Shown here piece by piece: positions 1 to 10,266 of a stretch of DNA of 37,377 nt. Both the position numbers and the translations under genes were made by a program. The stretch comes from an uncultured Methanosarcinales archaeon (GTDB lineage: Archaea; Nanobdellota; Nanobdellia; Woesearchaeales; DATDXC01), in contig CAZDZV010000013.1 in NCBI GenBank assembly GCA_964510025.1, positions 1 to 37,377 of the forward strand, read 5' to 3'. Under the pieces are notes generated by a model, which saw only the letters and a program-made list of their open reading frames with translations, was not told the DNA's origin and made no database searches. How positions within the stretch are numbered: position 1 is the stretch's first letter; every line of letters starts with the position of its first letter.

Positions 1-574
1 CATACATATATTCATAAAAAGCTGTGGGCTCTGAATAGGTATATGCAATAGATGCACAGCCCTGGTGGGATGATTCTGCAACGATCTTCTCTGGCATGGC
101 ATCATAGTTCCTAAGCTCCTCTGGCTTGAACTGGCTAAGTGTCCAGTTCTGGCAGTTAAGACAGCGGAAGTTGCAGCCTGCTGTTGCCAGAGAAAATGCC
201 TTTGACCCTGGAAGGAAGTGGAACAATGGCTTTTTTTCTATGGGATCTATATGGACAGATGCTGGATTGCCATATGCCAGTGTGTAGAGCTTTCCATCCT
301 TGTTTACCTTATTCCGGCAGATGCTCCTGTCATCTGGCTCTAACAGGCATTGGTTAGGGCATACAAGACACTGCACATTATCCCCGTATTTCCTGTAATG
401 GTAGGCTTCCTTGCTCCACTTCCACAATGTCTCTGGAGCATCGCCCCTGAATATGGATGGTCTGGATGCGAACAGATGCTTATAGCCAACGCTGCCCAAT
501 GCCAGCGTGCCTGCTCCTGCCAGGACATATTTCAGAAACTGCCTTCTTGTGATCCTCTTCTTGAGAAGCTTCAT
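1..574 (-). CDS. AmmeMemoRadiSam-type radical SAM enzyme (PflA-like), partial; runs off the left end of the window
   Basis: Not in the ORF track. Translated by hand from ATG at 574: MKLLKKRITRRQFLKYVLAGAG...QCLVCPNQC...DPIEKKPLFHFLPG...AGCNFRCLNCQNW (CxxxCxxC)...SIAYTYSEPTAFYEYMY, which is characteristic of this family. Confidence 0.9.
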   Translation of the reverse strand, partial: MKLLKKRITRRQFLKYVLAGAGTLALGSVGYKHLFASRPSIFRGDAPETLWKWSKEAYHYRKYGDNVQCLVCPNQCLLEPDDRSICRNKVNKDGKLYTLAYGNPASVHIDPIEKKPLFHFLPGSKAFSLATAGCNFRCLNCQNWTLSQFKPEELRNYDAMPEKIVAESSHQGCASIAYTYSEPTAFYEYMY

Positions 575-612
575 ACAGACTGTCAAGAAAGCAGAGTATA
601 AATATTTTCTGC

Positions 613-1257
613 CTATCTGTAAGACTTCTTCCTTATCTTCAGGATCAGGCTGCTTAGGGTGCCGACAGGACAGAAGCAGTTGCACCAGAACCTGGGTATG
701 AAAAAAGAAGCTGCGAATATCAGCATGAAGATTGCCAGTGTCGGCAAGTAAAGATTGTAAACTCCCCTAAAGAAGAATCCCTGTACCGGCTTATAGAGAA
801 GGGATATGACTATGAATAGTGTAAAGGCCAAAAAAAAGTATCTTATTGAGCTAATCCATCCTGGCAGACATATCCTCTTGCCAGAGAGACTGCCCTGCCA
901 GTCCTGGAGAGTGCCGACAGGGCAAAGCTTATAGCACCAGTGCCTGTCTTTAAGATTCTTGAGCAGAAAAGCAGGTATGATAAACAGCCTTAGATTGCCG
1001 AAAGGGCATTTTCTGGGGCATGCCTGGCAGAAGATAAAAGGCACCTTAAAATAGCATCTTATGAACGGAAAAAGCGCAAATGGCAGGAATATAATGAAAG
1101 CTGGATATCTTAGGTCTGCATTGGACATGATAAAAAGTGAAGCGATCACCAGGGCAGCATATACAAGAATGTTGTAGCTGATGTGTGAGAAAATATGTGG
1201 GTGCAGTAATATGACAGATGCTAATATCAAAAGATAGACCAATGCAATCCTTTTCAT
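613..1257 (-). CDS. Membrane 4Fe-4S-binding protein (NapH/MauN-like)
   Basis: Hydrophobic segments with CQACPRKCPFG, WCYKLCPVG and WCNCFCPVG motifs. Overlaps the upstream gene by 4 nt. Confidence 0.75.
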   Translation of the reverse strand: MKRIALVYLLILASVILLHPHIFSHISYNILVYAALVIASLFIMSNADLRYPAFIIFLPFALFPFIRCYFKVPFIFCQACPRKCPFGNLRLFIIPAFLLKNLKDRHWCYKLCPVGTLQDWQGSLSGKRICLPGWISSIRYFFLAFTLFIVISLLYKPVQGFFFRGVYNLYLPTLAIFMLIFAASFFIPRFWCNCFCPVGTLSSLILKIRKKSYR

Positions 1258-3284
1258 TTTTTTGTCAGTATTATAAATGCACTTATCAAGTTTACTGCTG
1301 CAACCGCAATGCAGACATTTATGAGGCCCAAGAGAGGCACTAGAAAAGCTGCTGTGATCAGGGCGCCTATGGCGCTGCCTATCAGGTCTGCGGTGTAAAG
1401 CTTGGAAGCTGTCTCCTTTACAGATGTGAAGTCTAATTTTGCAGCTATCGGAAACTCCATGCCGACCATGATAGCCAATGCCAGTGTCAGCAGAGAAAAT
1501 ATCAGCTGCGAAGCAACAAATCCGAGATTGAGGGTGCGGAGATTTACCAAGATAAAAGGCAGCAGAAGAGCGTATGCGACTATAGCAAATTCCAGGATTA
1601 CAAAGGTGGTTACACTCCTTTTTTTCCTGTTAGCATAGAAGCTGCCCAGAGCGAGGCCAAGCATGAACATCGTTATTATTACACCGACCATGTGGTAGAC
1701 ATAGCCATATATTACCTGCAAGCCGAACAGTATGACCAGCTCCAGGGAGGAAGCTGTGAAGCCAGTTGCAAATATTGAAAAAGTTACCGGCCTCAGTCCT
1801 GCCAGGTATACAGCCATGAAGAGGAAGATAGCCAGAACAAACAGCAGGTAGTCAAGCCTGAAGTAGCTCAAAAAGTAGAGCAGATAATAGTAATAGGCCA
1901 CAGGCCTGAAATCCTTGTTTATCCCGACATCTGCATCTATGGAATCCATGGTCGAGACTATCCTTGTCTGCATCCCTTCCAGATAGTCCACAAAATGAGC
2001 GGTGATATTCTTATCCCCCATAAGCCTGGATATCTGATAGCTTAGCTTTTCATCAGAAGCCAAAAAATAGTTCCTGCCTGACGGCACGATGATGACATCT
2101 GCAAAAACCTGCTTCAAGGTCTTGTACAGAACGGAATTAAGCCTGACAGCGTCGTCGCTAAGGTAGTTTTCCGCAGATACGAGGCTTAAGGATATCACTG
2201 CCCTGTCATTAAGCCTGTTTTTCAGCTCCTGAAAAAATTCAAGGGTATAGAACCTGTTGACCTGGGCTGTTGCAGGGTCTGGAAGGTCGATGATGACAAT
2301 GTCATATTTTTTGCTGGTCTGCCGCAGGTAGAGCCTTGCATCCTTGCTTATTACAGCGACGTTCTGGGGTATGCGGCTCCTGGCTGCCTCTATAACAAGG
2401 GGGTCCAGCTCAACATAATCGACCTTATCTACATGCTTCAAAATCTCATCCAGGGTGCCTGAAACTCCGCCAGAGACCAGAAGGACATCCTGTGGATCAG
2501 GATGCTGCACCATCGCATAGTGCACTGCCTCTTCATTTTCCAGGGTGTTCTCTGTTGAAAACAAAATCATGCCGTTCTGGTAGTAGTTGAGCTGGTCCTG
2601 GGTCCTTGTGATGACAAGCCGTCCGTATATGGAATCTTCCTGGTACACCAGCTCCTGTCCTTTATACTGCAGCTCTGTAGACAGCCTGTTGAAATCTGTT
2701 GAAGAAAGGAAAAGTGCGGCAAGGATCAAGATCACTATCAGGTTCTTTTTCTTCGCAAGGAAAAAAGCTGCAATCAGGTTGATGATCATAATGAGGGATA
2801 TGATCTGGAACGGATCCAGGATAAATACAAGCAAAAAGCTGAACACCAGCCCGCCAAGAATATCGCCTATGTTGTCTAAAAAATAAACATGCCCTATGGC
2901 GTTCTTTCTTGAGAAAGCGATGCAAAACAGGGTAAGAAGCATGCCAGATATCAGGCAGTAGGGAAGCAGCAGCAAAAATGATGCCGCAAAGACAGTGAAC
3001 ATGCTCTGCATGCTGAAGAAGAGGGTCCTCAGTGACCTTATCAATAGTACGGCTACAAACGGCAGAAAAGCGACAAGTACCTGGAAGAGTACAATATCTT
3101 TCTTTGTCCTGTATCTGCCAAGATAGGCGCCGATGCCTGTGATAAGCAGCCAGTTGGCTATAATCACCCCCAGGACAAGCTCATTTCCGCTGAATACATT
3201 CAGAAATTCCCTTATCACCAGAAGCTGTGTTATGACTGAGGATATGCCTAAGGCTGTGATAGAGAAGAACAGTTTCCTATCCAT
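1254..3284 (-). CDS. Fused multi-pass membrane / spermidine-synthase-like SAM-dependent protein
   Basis: N- and C-terminal TM bundles flank a core with VLLVSGGVSG, YVELDP, DARLYL and YDIVIIDLPDP...NRFYTLEFF motifs. Confidence 0.85.
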   Translation of the reverse strand: MDRKLFFSITALGISSVITQLLVIREFLNVFSGNELVLGVIIANWLLITGIGAYLGRYRTKKDIVLFQVLVAFLPFVAVLLIRSLRTLFFSMQSMFTVFAASFLLLLPYCLISGMLLTLFCIAFSRKNAIGHVYFLDNIGDILGGLVFSFLLVFILDPFQIISLIMIINLIAAFFLAKKKNLIVILILAALFLSSTDFNRLSTELQYKGQELVYQEDSIYGRLVITRTQDQLNYYQNGMILFSTENTLENEEAVHYAMVQHPDPQDVLLVSGGVSGTLDEILKHVDKVDYVELDPLVIEAARSRIPQNVAVISKDARLYLRQTSKKYDIVIIDLPDPATAQVNRFYTLEFFQELKNRLNDRAVISLSLVSAENYLSDDAVRLNSVLYKTLKQVFADVIIVPSGRNYFLASDEKLSYQISRLMGDKNITAHFVDYLEGMQTRIVSTMDSIDADVGINKDFRPVAYYYYLLYFLSYFRLDYLLFVLAIFLFMAVYLAGLRPVTFSIFATGFTASSLELVILFGLQVIYGYVYHMVGVIITMFMLGLALGSFYANRKKRSVTTFVILEFAIVAYALLLPFILVNLRTLNLGFVASQLIFSLLTLALAIMVGMEFPIAAKLDFTSVKETASKLYTADLIGSAIGALITAAFLVPLLGLINVCIAVAAVNLISAFIILTKK

Positions 3285-3316
3285 AATAAACAGATAGGAT
3301 TAGACATAAATAAATG

Positions 3317-4810
3317 TTACGATATGAGAATCTGGCCAAGCTTCTTATAGGTCTTCACAGCGAACTTAAGCTTGAGCCTGCTGTCCGAGTATATGGTAAA
3401 CAGCCTCTCTCCTATCCTGACCCTGTCGCCGACATGCCTGTACAGGTAGATGCCTGCTCCCTTGTTGGCGGGCGCCCCTGCCACCCTGGCTGTCTTGCTT
3501 ATTGACTCGTTCGGAATCGAAGCTATCTTTCCTGACTTCACTGCTTTGATGCTTTTCCTGAACCTCGCCAGCTCTATCTTGCCTGGCATGATCTCCCTGC
3601 CGCCCTGCGCCCTTATTATCTCGATGAACTTATTATACGCTTTCCCTGACTCCAGGATATCCCTGGCAAGGGCTTTTCCTTCACCTCTTCTTGCCTTGCC
3701 GCCGAGCTCAAGCAGCAGGCCTGCGAGCATCAATGACTTTTCCTTAAGGTCCTGAGGCGCCTGCAGCTCATCCCTGAGCACATACAGGACATCCTTTGCC
3801 TCCAGAGCAGGCCCTATGCCGTTGCCTATCGGCTGGGTGCCGTCTGTTATGACCACCTTTGCCTTAATGCCCAGCTTCTTGGAAAGGTTCTCAAAATCCC
3901 TCTTAAGAAGCTTTGCCTCTCTTCCCATGCTTATCTTTGCCCCCCTGCCGGCAGGTATGTCTATTACAAGGTGTGTCGCTGAGACAGAGGCTTTTTTTGC
4001 CATGACAGAAGCAAGGAGCTGGCTTTTTGCATCTATGCCCAGCGGCTTTTCCACCCTTATTATCTTATCATCAGCAGGAGCAAGGTTTAGTGAACCGCCC
4101 CAGACAAGGCAGCCATTTGTCTTCGTGACTATGCTTTTCATCTCGCTTATAGGGATGATCACATTTGTAAGGACCTCGACAGTATCAGCGGTGCCGGCCG
4201 GGCTTGTTATGCTTCTCGATGATGTCTTGGGGATGGCCAGGCCAGCGGCAGCGACTATCGCCACTATTATCGGGGTTGTCCTGTTTCCGGCCACCCCGCC
4301 TACGCAGTGCTTGTCCATGACAGGATAGCTCCTAAGCTTCAGCTTGTCGCCTTCATCTGCCATCGCCTTTGTGAGCAGCGTCGTTTCGGTCACATTAAGC
4401 TCTCTTGAATAGCACGCAGAGACAAAATAGGTAAGCTCTATGTCGCTTAGCTTGTTGTTCGTTATGTCCCAGACGATCTGCCTTATCTCGTTCTTGTCCA
4501 GAACATGCCCGTCCAGCTTTTTCTTGATGAACTCGATCGACAGGGGTGTCCCAGAGGGCGTTATCCAAAGCGCATCTCCATTCTTCAGCTGCATCAGCTT
4601 CTGGACCTCCTCAAAGACAGCTATGCTGCCCCGGGGGACAACATCGCAGTTGCTGCATGTATCTATGACAACAGTCTCTGTCCTGCTGCCTTTTTTTATC
4701 TTTATGCGGTCGAGAGAATGAAGGTCGAGCAGGGATGCATCTTCCCTGTTGAGGATCACTATGAGAGTGCCGCCTGCCGATATCCCTATGTTCCTTACCT
4801 TAAGCTTCAT
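3317..4810 (-). CDS. deoA: AMP phosphorylase (archaeal thymidine phosphorylase family)
   Basis: DKHCVGGVAGNRTT and KTSSRSITSPAGTAD motifs, N-terminal beta-barrel extension and ~500 aa length are typical of AMP phosphorylase. Confidence 0.92.
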   Translation of the reverse strand: MKLKVRNIGISAGGTLIVILNREDASLLDLHSLDRIKIKKGSRTETVVIDTCSNCDVVPRGSIAVFEEVQKLMQLKNGDALWITPSGTPLSIEFIKKKLDGHVLDKNEIRQIVWDITNNKLSDIELTYFVSACYSRELNVTETTLLTKAMADEGDKLKLRSYPVMDKHCVGGVAGNRTTPIIVAIVAAAGLAIPKTSSRSITSPAGTADTVEVLTNVIIPISEMKSIVTKTNGCLVWGGSLNLAPADDKIIRVEKPLGIDAKSQLLASVMAKKASVSATHLVIDIPAGRGAKISMGREAKLLKRDFENLSKKLGIKAKVVITDGTQPIGNGIGPALEAKDVLYVLRDELQAPQDLKEKSLMLAGLLLELGGKARRGEGKALARDILESGKAYNKFIEIIRAQGGREIMPGKIELARFRKSIKAVKSGKIASIPNESISKTARVAGAPANKGAGIYLYRHVGDRVRIGERLFTIYSDSRLKLKFAVKTYKKLGQILIS

Positions 4811-5874
4811 CCGAAGATTGCCCCTTTTTCCTGCTGATATATCTGCAGGAATGTCATGAATACAGCCAGCACAACAGGCCCTATGACAATCCCCACAAAA
4901 CCGAACATCGCCAGGCCGCCCAGCACGCCCAAAAGCACAAGCACCGGATGCACCTTTGCCTTGTCCCCTATTATCTTAGGCTTAAGCAGATTGTCTATAA
5001 GCCCTATAACAAATGCGCCGTAAAGTATCAGGATTATGCCCTTTATTATGAGCCAGTTTGATTCAGCCAGATAGCCGTCGAATATCATCAGCACCGCTAT
5101 AGGCAGCCATACCAAAGGAGGGCCCACTATAGGTATGATGGCAAGCAGGGCCATAAGGAGCCCCAGCAGTATCGGCGATTTCACGCCAAGGATAAACAAG
5201 CCCAGTGCCCCGACCGCTCCCTGGATAAAGGATACGACTATATGCCCGAAGACAACAGCATGCATCACATTGTCAAATTTCCGGATAATCCTCTTGCGGT
5301 GCAGCTTCCTGAGAAGGATAATATCCTCAAGCTTCTTCATCATCTCAGCTCCGTCCCGGAAAAGGAAGAACATTATGAATATCATTATGAATATATTAAA
5401 GATTATGGCTGGGATCGAGAACAGGAAGTCAGAGATGCTCTCCACAAGAAAATTGGTGGCCCGCTGGGTCGCTGTATCTACATAATATTTTACCTGAGGT
5501 TCTGCCAGAAATTTTCTTGCCTGGCTGGAAAGCATGCAGAAGGGGGTATCGTTCTCGCACTGGAATATGTCGTCCCCGAAGATCCGCTGCTTTATCAGGA
5601 GATAGTTGACCCTAGCCTCTTTTGCAAGGGCATTCATGGCAAATATCAGCGGAATTGTTATTATAAGTATGGCCAAAGATATGGTGATGAGTGCAGAAAG
5701 ATTTTTTCTCCTGAGCTTCCTGTTTATAAGCTTGTATAACGGAAAGAATATGTAAGCCAGGATCATAGATGTAAGTATTACCACTATAAAGGGCCTTATG
5801 ATGAAAAAGACCAGTACTATGAGGGCGATAAAGAGGACGATGAAAAAGTATCTTTGGGTATTGTCAGATGCCAT
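4807..5874 (-). CDS. AI-2E family transporter
   Basis: Multi-TM protein with FFLFRDG, IPIVG, IDNLLKPKIIG and GGLAMFGFVGIVIGP signatures. Confidence 0.9.
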   Translation of the reverse strand: MASDNTQRYFFIVLFIALIVLVFFIIRPFIVVILTSMILAYIFFPLYKLINRKLRRKNLSALITISLAILIITIPLIFAMNALAKEARVNYLLIKQRIFGDDIFQCENDTPFCMLSSQARKFLAEPQVKYYVDTATQRATNFLVESISDFLFSIPAIIFNIFIMIFIMFFLFRDGAEMMKKLEDIILLRKLHRKRIIRKFDNVMHAVVFGHIVVSFIQGAVGALGLFILGVKSPILLGLLMALLAIIPIVGPPLVWLPIAVLMIFDGYLAESNWLIIKGIILILYGAFVIGLIDNLLKPKIIGDKAKVHPVLVLLGVLGGLAMFGFVGIVIGPVVLAVFMTFLQIYQQEKGAIFG

Positions 5875-5919
5875 GTTAGCTTATTTTGCTTCAAGGTATT
5901 TAAATCTTGGGTATATATA

Positions 5920-6026
5920 TGGGCCTGCCCGGAGTTTCGCGGAAGAAATTTCCTCTCGAACCGGGGACTACTGCCGTTCCGAAGAACCTTGTCGAGGCAG
6001 TGTCATAGCCGCTAGACCACAAGCCC
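5920..6026 (-). tRNA. tRNA-Val(GAC) with two introns (37/38 at 5977-5989; 59/60 at 5934-5954)
   Basis: Acceptor GGGCTTG/CAGGCCC-A, anticodon stem CTGCC/GGCAG, T stem CCCGG/CCGGG. Removing two BHB-like introns (13 and 21 nt) gives a 73-nt cloverleaf with loops TCGACAC and TTCGAGT. Confidence 0.88.
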
Positions 6027-6066
6027 GCTGGTTCTATAAAATTCCAGCTTAAATAAAAAACTTTCG

Positions 6067-6390
6067 CTAAGAAATATGATAAATCTCATCCGCATGCTCC
6101 ACCCTTGCTCCGCCTACTGCGTAAGAAGGCAGCCCAGGATGCCCAGCATGCATGGTATGGATTGCAGCTGCGTCTATCCATGCATACCCGTCAAGGTGGG
6201 CTATAGTTGTGTCCAGCATTATCCTCCTCAGCGGAAACCTGCTGCTGAATACCCATAGATCTGAACCAGGCTTTAAATGGGCGAGGTCATCGAGCCTTTG
6301 TATGTTGCTGAACCTGGAGGCATCTCTTCCGGATCCCTCAAAGGCCTCCATCATCTCCAGATGATCCCTCATCTTGTCTAGGTATTGCAT
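6067..6390 (-). CDS. Hypothetical protein
   Basis: 107-aa ORF filling the gap, with an AT-rich promoter-like tract upstream. No motif recognised. Confidence 0.55.
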   Translation of the reverse strand: MQYLDKMRDHLEMMEAFEGSGRDASRFSNIQRLDDLAHLKPGSDLWVFSSRFPLRRIMLDTTIAHLDGYAWIDAAAIHTMHAGHPGLPSYAVGGARVEHADEIYHIS

Positions 6391-6428
6391 ACCAGAGAAA
6401 GGTGAAAGACGTTTTAAAAAGCTTTTGT

Positions 6429-6881
6429 TTAAATGTTATACACTATCAGGATCATAGCGGCAGCATATACTGTCTTAAGCTGGCTGCTTTTGCCAAGAAG
6501 GTGCTCTAATCTCAGTATAACGAAAAAAGGGAAAGTGAGTATCTTTTTCAGCAGATTGTGGTATTTCTGGAAATTGGTGTCCTCCAAAGAAGGAAAGGAG
6601 GAGTAAAGGATCACAAAAGAGAAATACAGCTTCAATGCCTCTGCATAGAATCCTGAAGTATATATGTTCAGCATGATCAATGCGGCTATAAGAGCAGCTA
6701 TGAAAGGAGCTGTTGCGACCAGCAGGGACTTGATAATAGAACTTGGGGAAACGTGCTCTACAAATCCGCCTGTCAGCGAAATTTTGAAGCGGGTAACCTT
6801 TACAGATAGAAGCAGGCACATAAGAAGATGGGCTAGCTCATGGAAAACCACACCCGGAAATAACAGCAAATCTGTCAGCAT
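6429..6881 (-). CDS. Membrane zincin-like metalloprotease (HExxH)
   Basis: PGVVFHELAH motif, ATAPF and TM helices. Start moved to the ATG at 6881 (MLTDLL) because the longer ORF overlaps the upstream gene. Confidence 0.75.
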   Translation of the reverse strand: MLTDLLLFPGVVFHELAHLLMCLLLSVKVTRFKISLTGGFVEHVSPSSIIKSLLVATAPFIAALIAALIMLNIYTSGFYAEALKLYFSFVILYSSFPSLEDTNFQKYHNLLKKILTFPFFVILRLEHLLGKSSQLKTVYAAAMILIVYNI

Positions 6882-6910
6882 ATGCCTTATTTTATGCGAT
6901 GATTTAAAAA

Positions 6911-8113
6911 TTATTTGTTTTTCTTGAAGGTGAACCATGCAATCCCTATAAAAGCTGCCAGGATCAGCAGCCTTGCCATGATTATCATGGGCTGCTGCAT
7001 AAGAAAGGGCTCTGGGTCTGCCTGTGCGCATTCTGGATTGGATATGTATTTACATCCTTCTGCTGGATCGCAGACGCCTATGACGCATTCATCTTCTGAA
7101 TCATCGCATGTTATGTTCTTGTGGGTGCACCTGTTGCCTGAGCATATGTCTGTTGTGCAGACATCGCTGTCATCGCATCCAGAACTTGACAGGCAGCAGT
7201 TCTCTATGAAGGTATAATAGCATTCATCCCCCCTGCATGAGGCCTTTTCGCAGACTGTCCTGGGCTGGCAGGTGGAGATGCATTTGTGCTGCTGGATGCT
7301 TTCGCACAGGCTGCACCTCAGGATCCTGCAGGTGCTGTTCTCGCAATAGGCGCCTATAGGGCAGTGAGAATCTTCAAAACATTGTTTTTCCTTGCACCTT
7401 ATAAATGCAGCTGATGCGTATCGGCTCTTGTCGCATCCTTCCACCTCAAGATAGAGCTTGTCCATCACCTGGTTCTTAAGGTCTCTGGAAGGGACCCTAA
7501 GAAGATACCTGTCAAGGCCTATGTGCCTCACCTCATATGTCTCAGGGATATCCTCTGACTTGATAGGGCCTTTGCCTAGCTCATCAGAGGTGAGGGCAAC
7601 AGTGCCGAAATAGGTGTTTGCAGGGTTGATGTAATAGACAATATCATCCCTCAGCTCTGCGGCTGAGAACTGCATGCCCAGGCCGTGGAAGAGATAGTAA
7701 TAGTCAAGCTCGTGCTCCATGCACAGGTCAATCTCCAGATCGATCTTCTCACAAAGATATTTTACGTTTGCACACTTAAAATCATATCTTTTTGTCTCTT
7801 CGCCGTCGTCAAGCACAAGTGTGTAGGATTTGTAAGGGTCCAGGATGCCCTCTTTCGAGACAAGCCTCTTTTCATTTATGTCGAGGAATACAGGGGGCTC
7901 GTCTATCATGACAGAGTAGTTCTTGTCTATGGACTCAGCGGTTATGCTGACCTGGGACCATGGCTTCTGCGGATTCGGGGAACATTTGTCCTTTGAGCAT
8001 GTGTATTCTGCTGTGAAGCTGACATAGCCGGTCTCTGAGCATTCTATGTCCTTGACAAAGATGGTTGCCTGCACTGTTGCTGCCAGCAATAATAATACTA
8101 TGAGATATTTCAT
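6911..8113 (-). CDS. Secreted Cys-rich surface protein with C-terminal membrane anchor
   Basis: Signal peptide MKYLIVLLLLAATVQA, Cys-rich repeats (CDDSDVCTTDICSGNRC, CDDSEDECVIGVCDPAEGC), C-terminal TM helix and basic tail. Confidence 0.8.
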   Translation of the reverse strand: MKYLIVLLLLAATVQATIFVKDIECSETGYVSFTAEYTCSKDKCSPNPQKPWSQVSITAESIDKNYSVMIDEPPVFLDINEKRLVSKEGILDPYKSYTLVLDDGEETKRYDFKCANVKYLCEKIDLEIDLCMEHELDYYYLFHGLGMQFSAAELRDDIVYYINPANTYFGTVALTSDELGKGPIKSEDIPETYEVRHIGLDRYLLRVPSRDLKNQVMDKLYLEVEGCDKSRYASAAFIRCKEKQCFEDSHCPIGAYCENSTCRILRCSLCESIQQHKCISTCQPRTVCEKASCRGDECYYTFIENCCLSSSGCDDSDVCTTDICSGNRCTHKNITCDDSEDECVIGVCDPAEGCKYISNPECAQADPEPFLMQQPMIIMARLLILAAFIGIAWFTFKKNK

Positions 8114-8208
8114 GAAATTTTTGGTCTATAGGAATTATAAAAAGCTTTTGTTTAGTTTTCGTCACCAAAGAGAAAATATTAAATATCAGCAGCATAGATG
8201 GGGCATAT

Positions 8209-8976
8209 ATGGACAAGGCAAAGGACATAATGGCAAAAGAGCTGCTGTATGTCAATTTCTATGACAAGGTGCTGGATGTTGCAAAGAAGATGTTCCAGTC
8301 AAGGGTCGGATCTGCGCTTGTCCAGAAAGACGGAACAACAGAAGGCATCTTGACAGAAAGGGATATAATAAGGGACTGTGTTGTAGGTGCCAACAATATC
8401 TTCAACACAAGAGCTGGAGTTGTCATGTCTGATCCTGTGATAGGCATAGGACAGGACAGCTCTGTCATAGATGCATGCCACATGATGCAGAGCAACGAGA
8501 TAAAGAAGATAGCTGTTATGAAGAAAGAGAATGTGGTCGGCATAATAACGATAACAGACATAATCGACTATCTGGCCAAAAAAGAAGTCAAGGACCTTCT
8601 GATAGAGCGGCTCATGACCAGAAAGGTCATATATGCAGACGCTGCCGATGATATAATAGATGTCTCTGAAACCATGAAAAGGGTGAATGTTGGCAGTGTT
8701 GTGGTGATGAAGAACGGCGTCCCGGCCGGGATCGTCACAGAGAGGGATATAATAAAAGGGTGTGTATCAGGCGAGAAGAACTTCATAAAGACCACAGCTG
8801 AGGATATAATGTCTAGCCCGCTTGTAATGCTGAATGAGAGGCAGAAAGTAGCAGAAGCAATCCAGAAGATGAGCGAGGCAAGGATAAAGAAGATAATAGT
8901 CACAGATTCAAAGGACGAGATATGCGGCATAATAACACAGACAGATATAGCCTACAATATTGACAGTCTGGTCTAG
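8209..8976 (+). CDS. CBS-domain protein (two Bateman modules)
   Basis: Internal duplication: GILTERDI/GIITITDI and GIVTERDI/GIITQTDI. Confidence 0.92.
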   Translation: MDKAKDIMAKELLYVNFYDKVLDVAKKMFQSRVGSALVQKDGTTEGILTERDIIRDCVVGANNIFNTRAGVVMSDPVIGIGQDSSVIDACHMMQSNEIKKIAVMKKENVVGIITITDIIDYLAKKEVKDLLIERLMTRKVIYADAADDIIDVSETMKRVNVGSVVVMKNGVPAGIVTERDIIKGCVSGEKNFIKTTAEDIMSSPLVMLNERQKVAEAIQKMSEARIKKIIVTDSKDEICGIITQTDIAYNIDSLV

Positions 8977-9045
8977 TATTATTCTAAATTTTTTTTACCT
9001 AAATAGTAGTAATATTTATATAAGGAATGGTAATAAGGGGGCTAA

Positions 9046-10266
9046 ATGAAAAATATAATGATGTTCGGATGCGGACGGTGGCCCGATGAGAGCCACTTGC
9101 CAGCCATAGCCGCAGACCAAGATATTGAGCTAACCAAGGTCGTAGAAGTGGAGGAAAGAGCTGTGAGGCAAAGGCTGCAGAAGCATGGGCTTGCTCCTGA
9201 GATTGTAGTTGTGGAACCTGGTCAGGATATATCAGGAATCTGCTGTCAAGGTATAGACGGTGTCATCGTAGCTAGTCCCGATGCCTACCATAAAGAGCAT
9301 ACACAGTATGCTCTAAGGAGAAAGCTGCCGGTGCTTGTGGATAAGCCGTTGACAATGCCCAGCGATCCTGATTTCTTCACTGTTCCAGGAAGCTCAAACA
9401 AACTGCTGGATGACTATCGTGAACTGATAGCTCTGGCTGGTGATACACTATTCATGCTTGGAGCCCACAGAAGATATCAAAGAGCCAACCAGGTGACCGC
9501 TGATCTTATTAGGAAGTTCCATCATAGGAATGATCATCATTATATCCACAACGTAACTGTTGTTACAGCTGACGGATATTGGATCTTACCGAGGTTCCTT
9601 GATGTGGCTTATCCGATAGGTGCGGGTGGCAAGCTTACGCATACTGGATATCACCTGCTTGACCTGGTGCCGTGGTTTATCAGGCAGTCTGGATTGGCTG
9701 CAGACACAGCAGAAGTGTATGCGATGCCGCATACACCAAGAGATTCAGCGTATCTTGCGGGCGCTGATGGAAGCTACAGGAATTATCCTGATGTTAATAT
9801 CAATCTCATGGTGGGTTTCAGCCATAATGGCTATCATGTTTGCACCTTCAGCCTAGCTGCGCTGCATGAAGGCTTTTCAGAGAGACGCACTTTTAAGGGG
9901 GTGGACAGGGAAGGAAGAACAAAGATCGAGGAGATCATAATAAGCCAAGGAGCCTCAAGAGGATATATCTTAAGAAGGTTTGCAAAGTTTAAGGATGATG
10001 ATTCATCCGCTTGCGGAGCCAATGCTCACCAGACATTAGATGTCATCGGCCCGAGGCTCACGACCGTTGACCTTGGATATGATCCCGGAAATACAGGGCC
10101 CAGCCAGGATTTCTTCAGGGCGCTTAAGAGCGGAAAACATGATGTTTCCTCTGCTGCCTCTGACCATCTTACAGGGATAAGTCTGCTTGCAGCAGCCTAT
10201 GAATGCATGATCAAGCGCATAAATGGAGACTATTCCCCGGTTTTTATAGAAATAAAGGCTAGTTAG
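9046..10266 (+). CDS. Gfo/Idh/MocA family oxidoreductase
   Basis: N-terminal Rossmann-like FGCG, DGVIVASPDAYH, VLVDKP and GGKLTHTGYHLLD motifs. Confidence 0.85.
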   Translation: MKNIMMFGCGRWPDESHLPAIAADQDIELTKVVEVEERAVRQRLQKHGLAPEIVVVEPGQDISGICCQGIDGVIVASPDAYHKEHTQYALRRKLPVLVDKPLTMPSDPDFFTVPGSSNKLLDDYRELIALAGDTLFMLGAHRRYQRANQVTADLIRKFHHRNDHHYIHNVTVVTADGYWILPRFLDVAYPIGAGGKLTHTGYHLLDLVPWFIRQSGLAADTAEVYAMPHTPRDSAYLAGADGSYRNYPDVNINLMVGFSHNGYHVCTFSLAALHEGFSERRTFKGVDREGRTKIEEIIISQGASRGYILRRFAKFKDDDSSACGANAHQTLDVIGPRLTTVDLGYDPGNTGPSQDFFRALKSGKHDVSSAASDHLTGISLLAAAYECMIKRINGDYSPVFIEIKAS

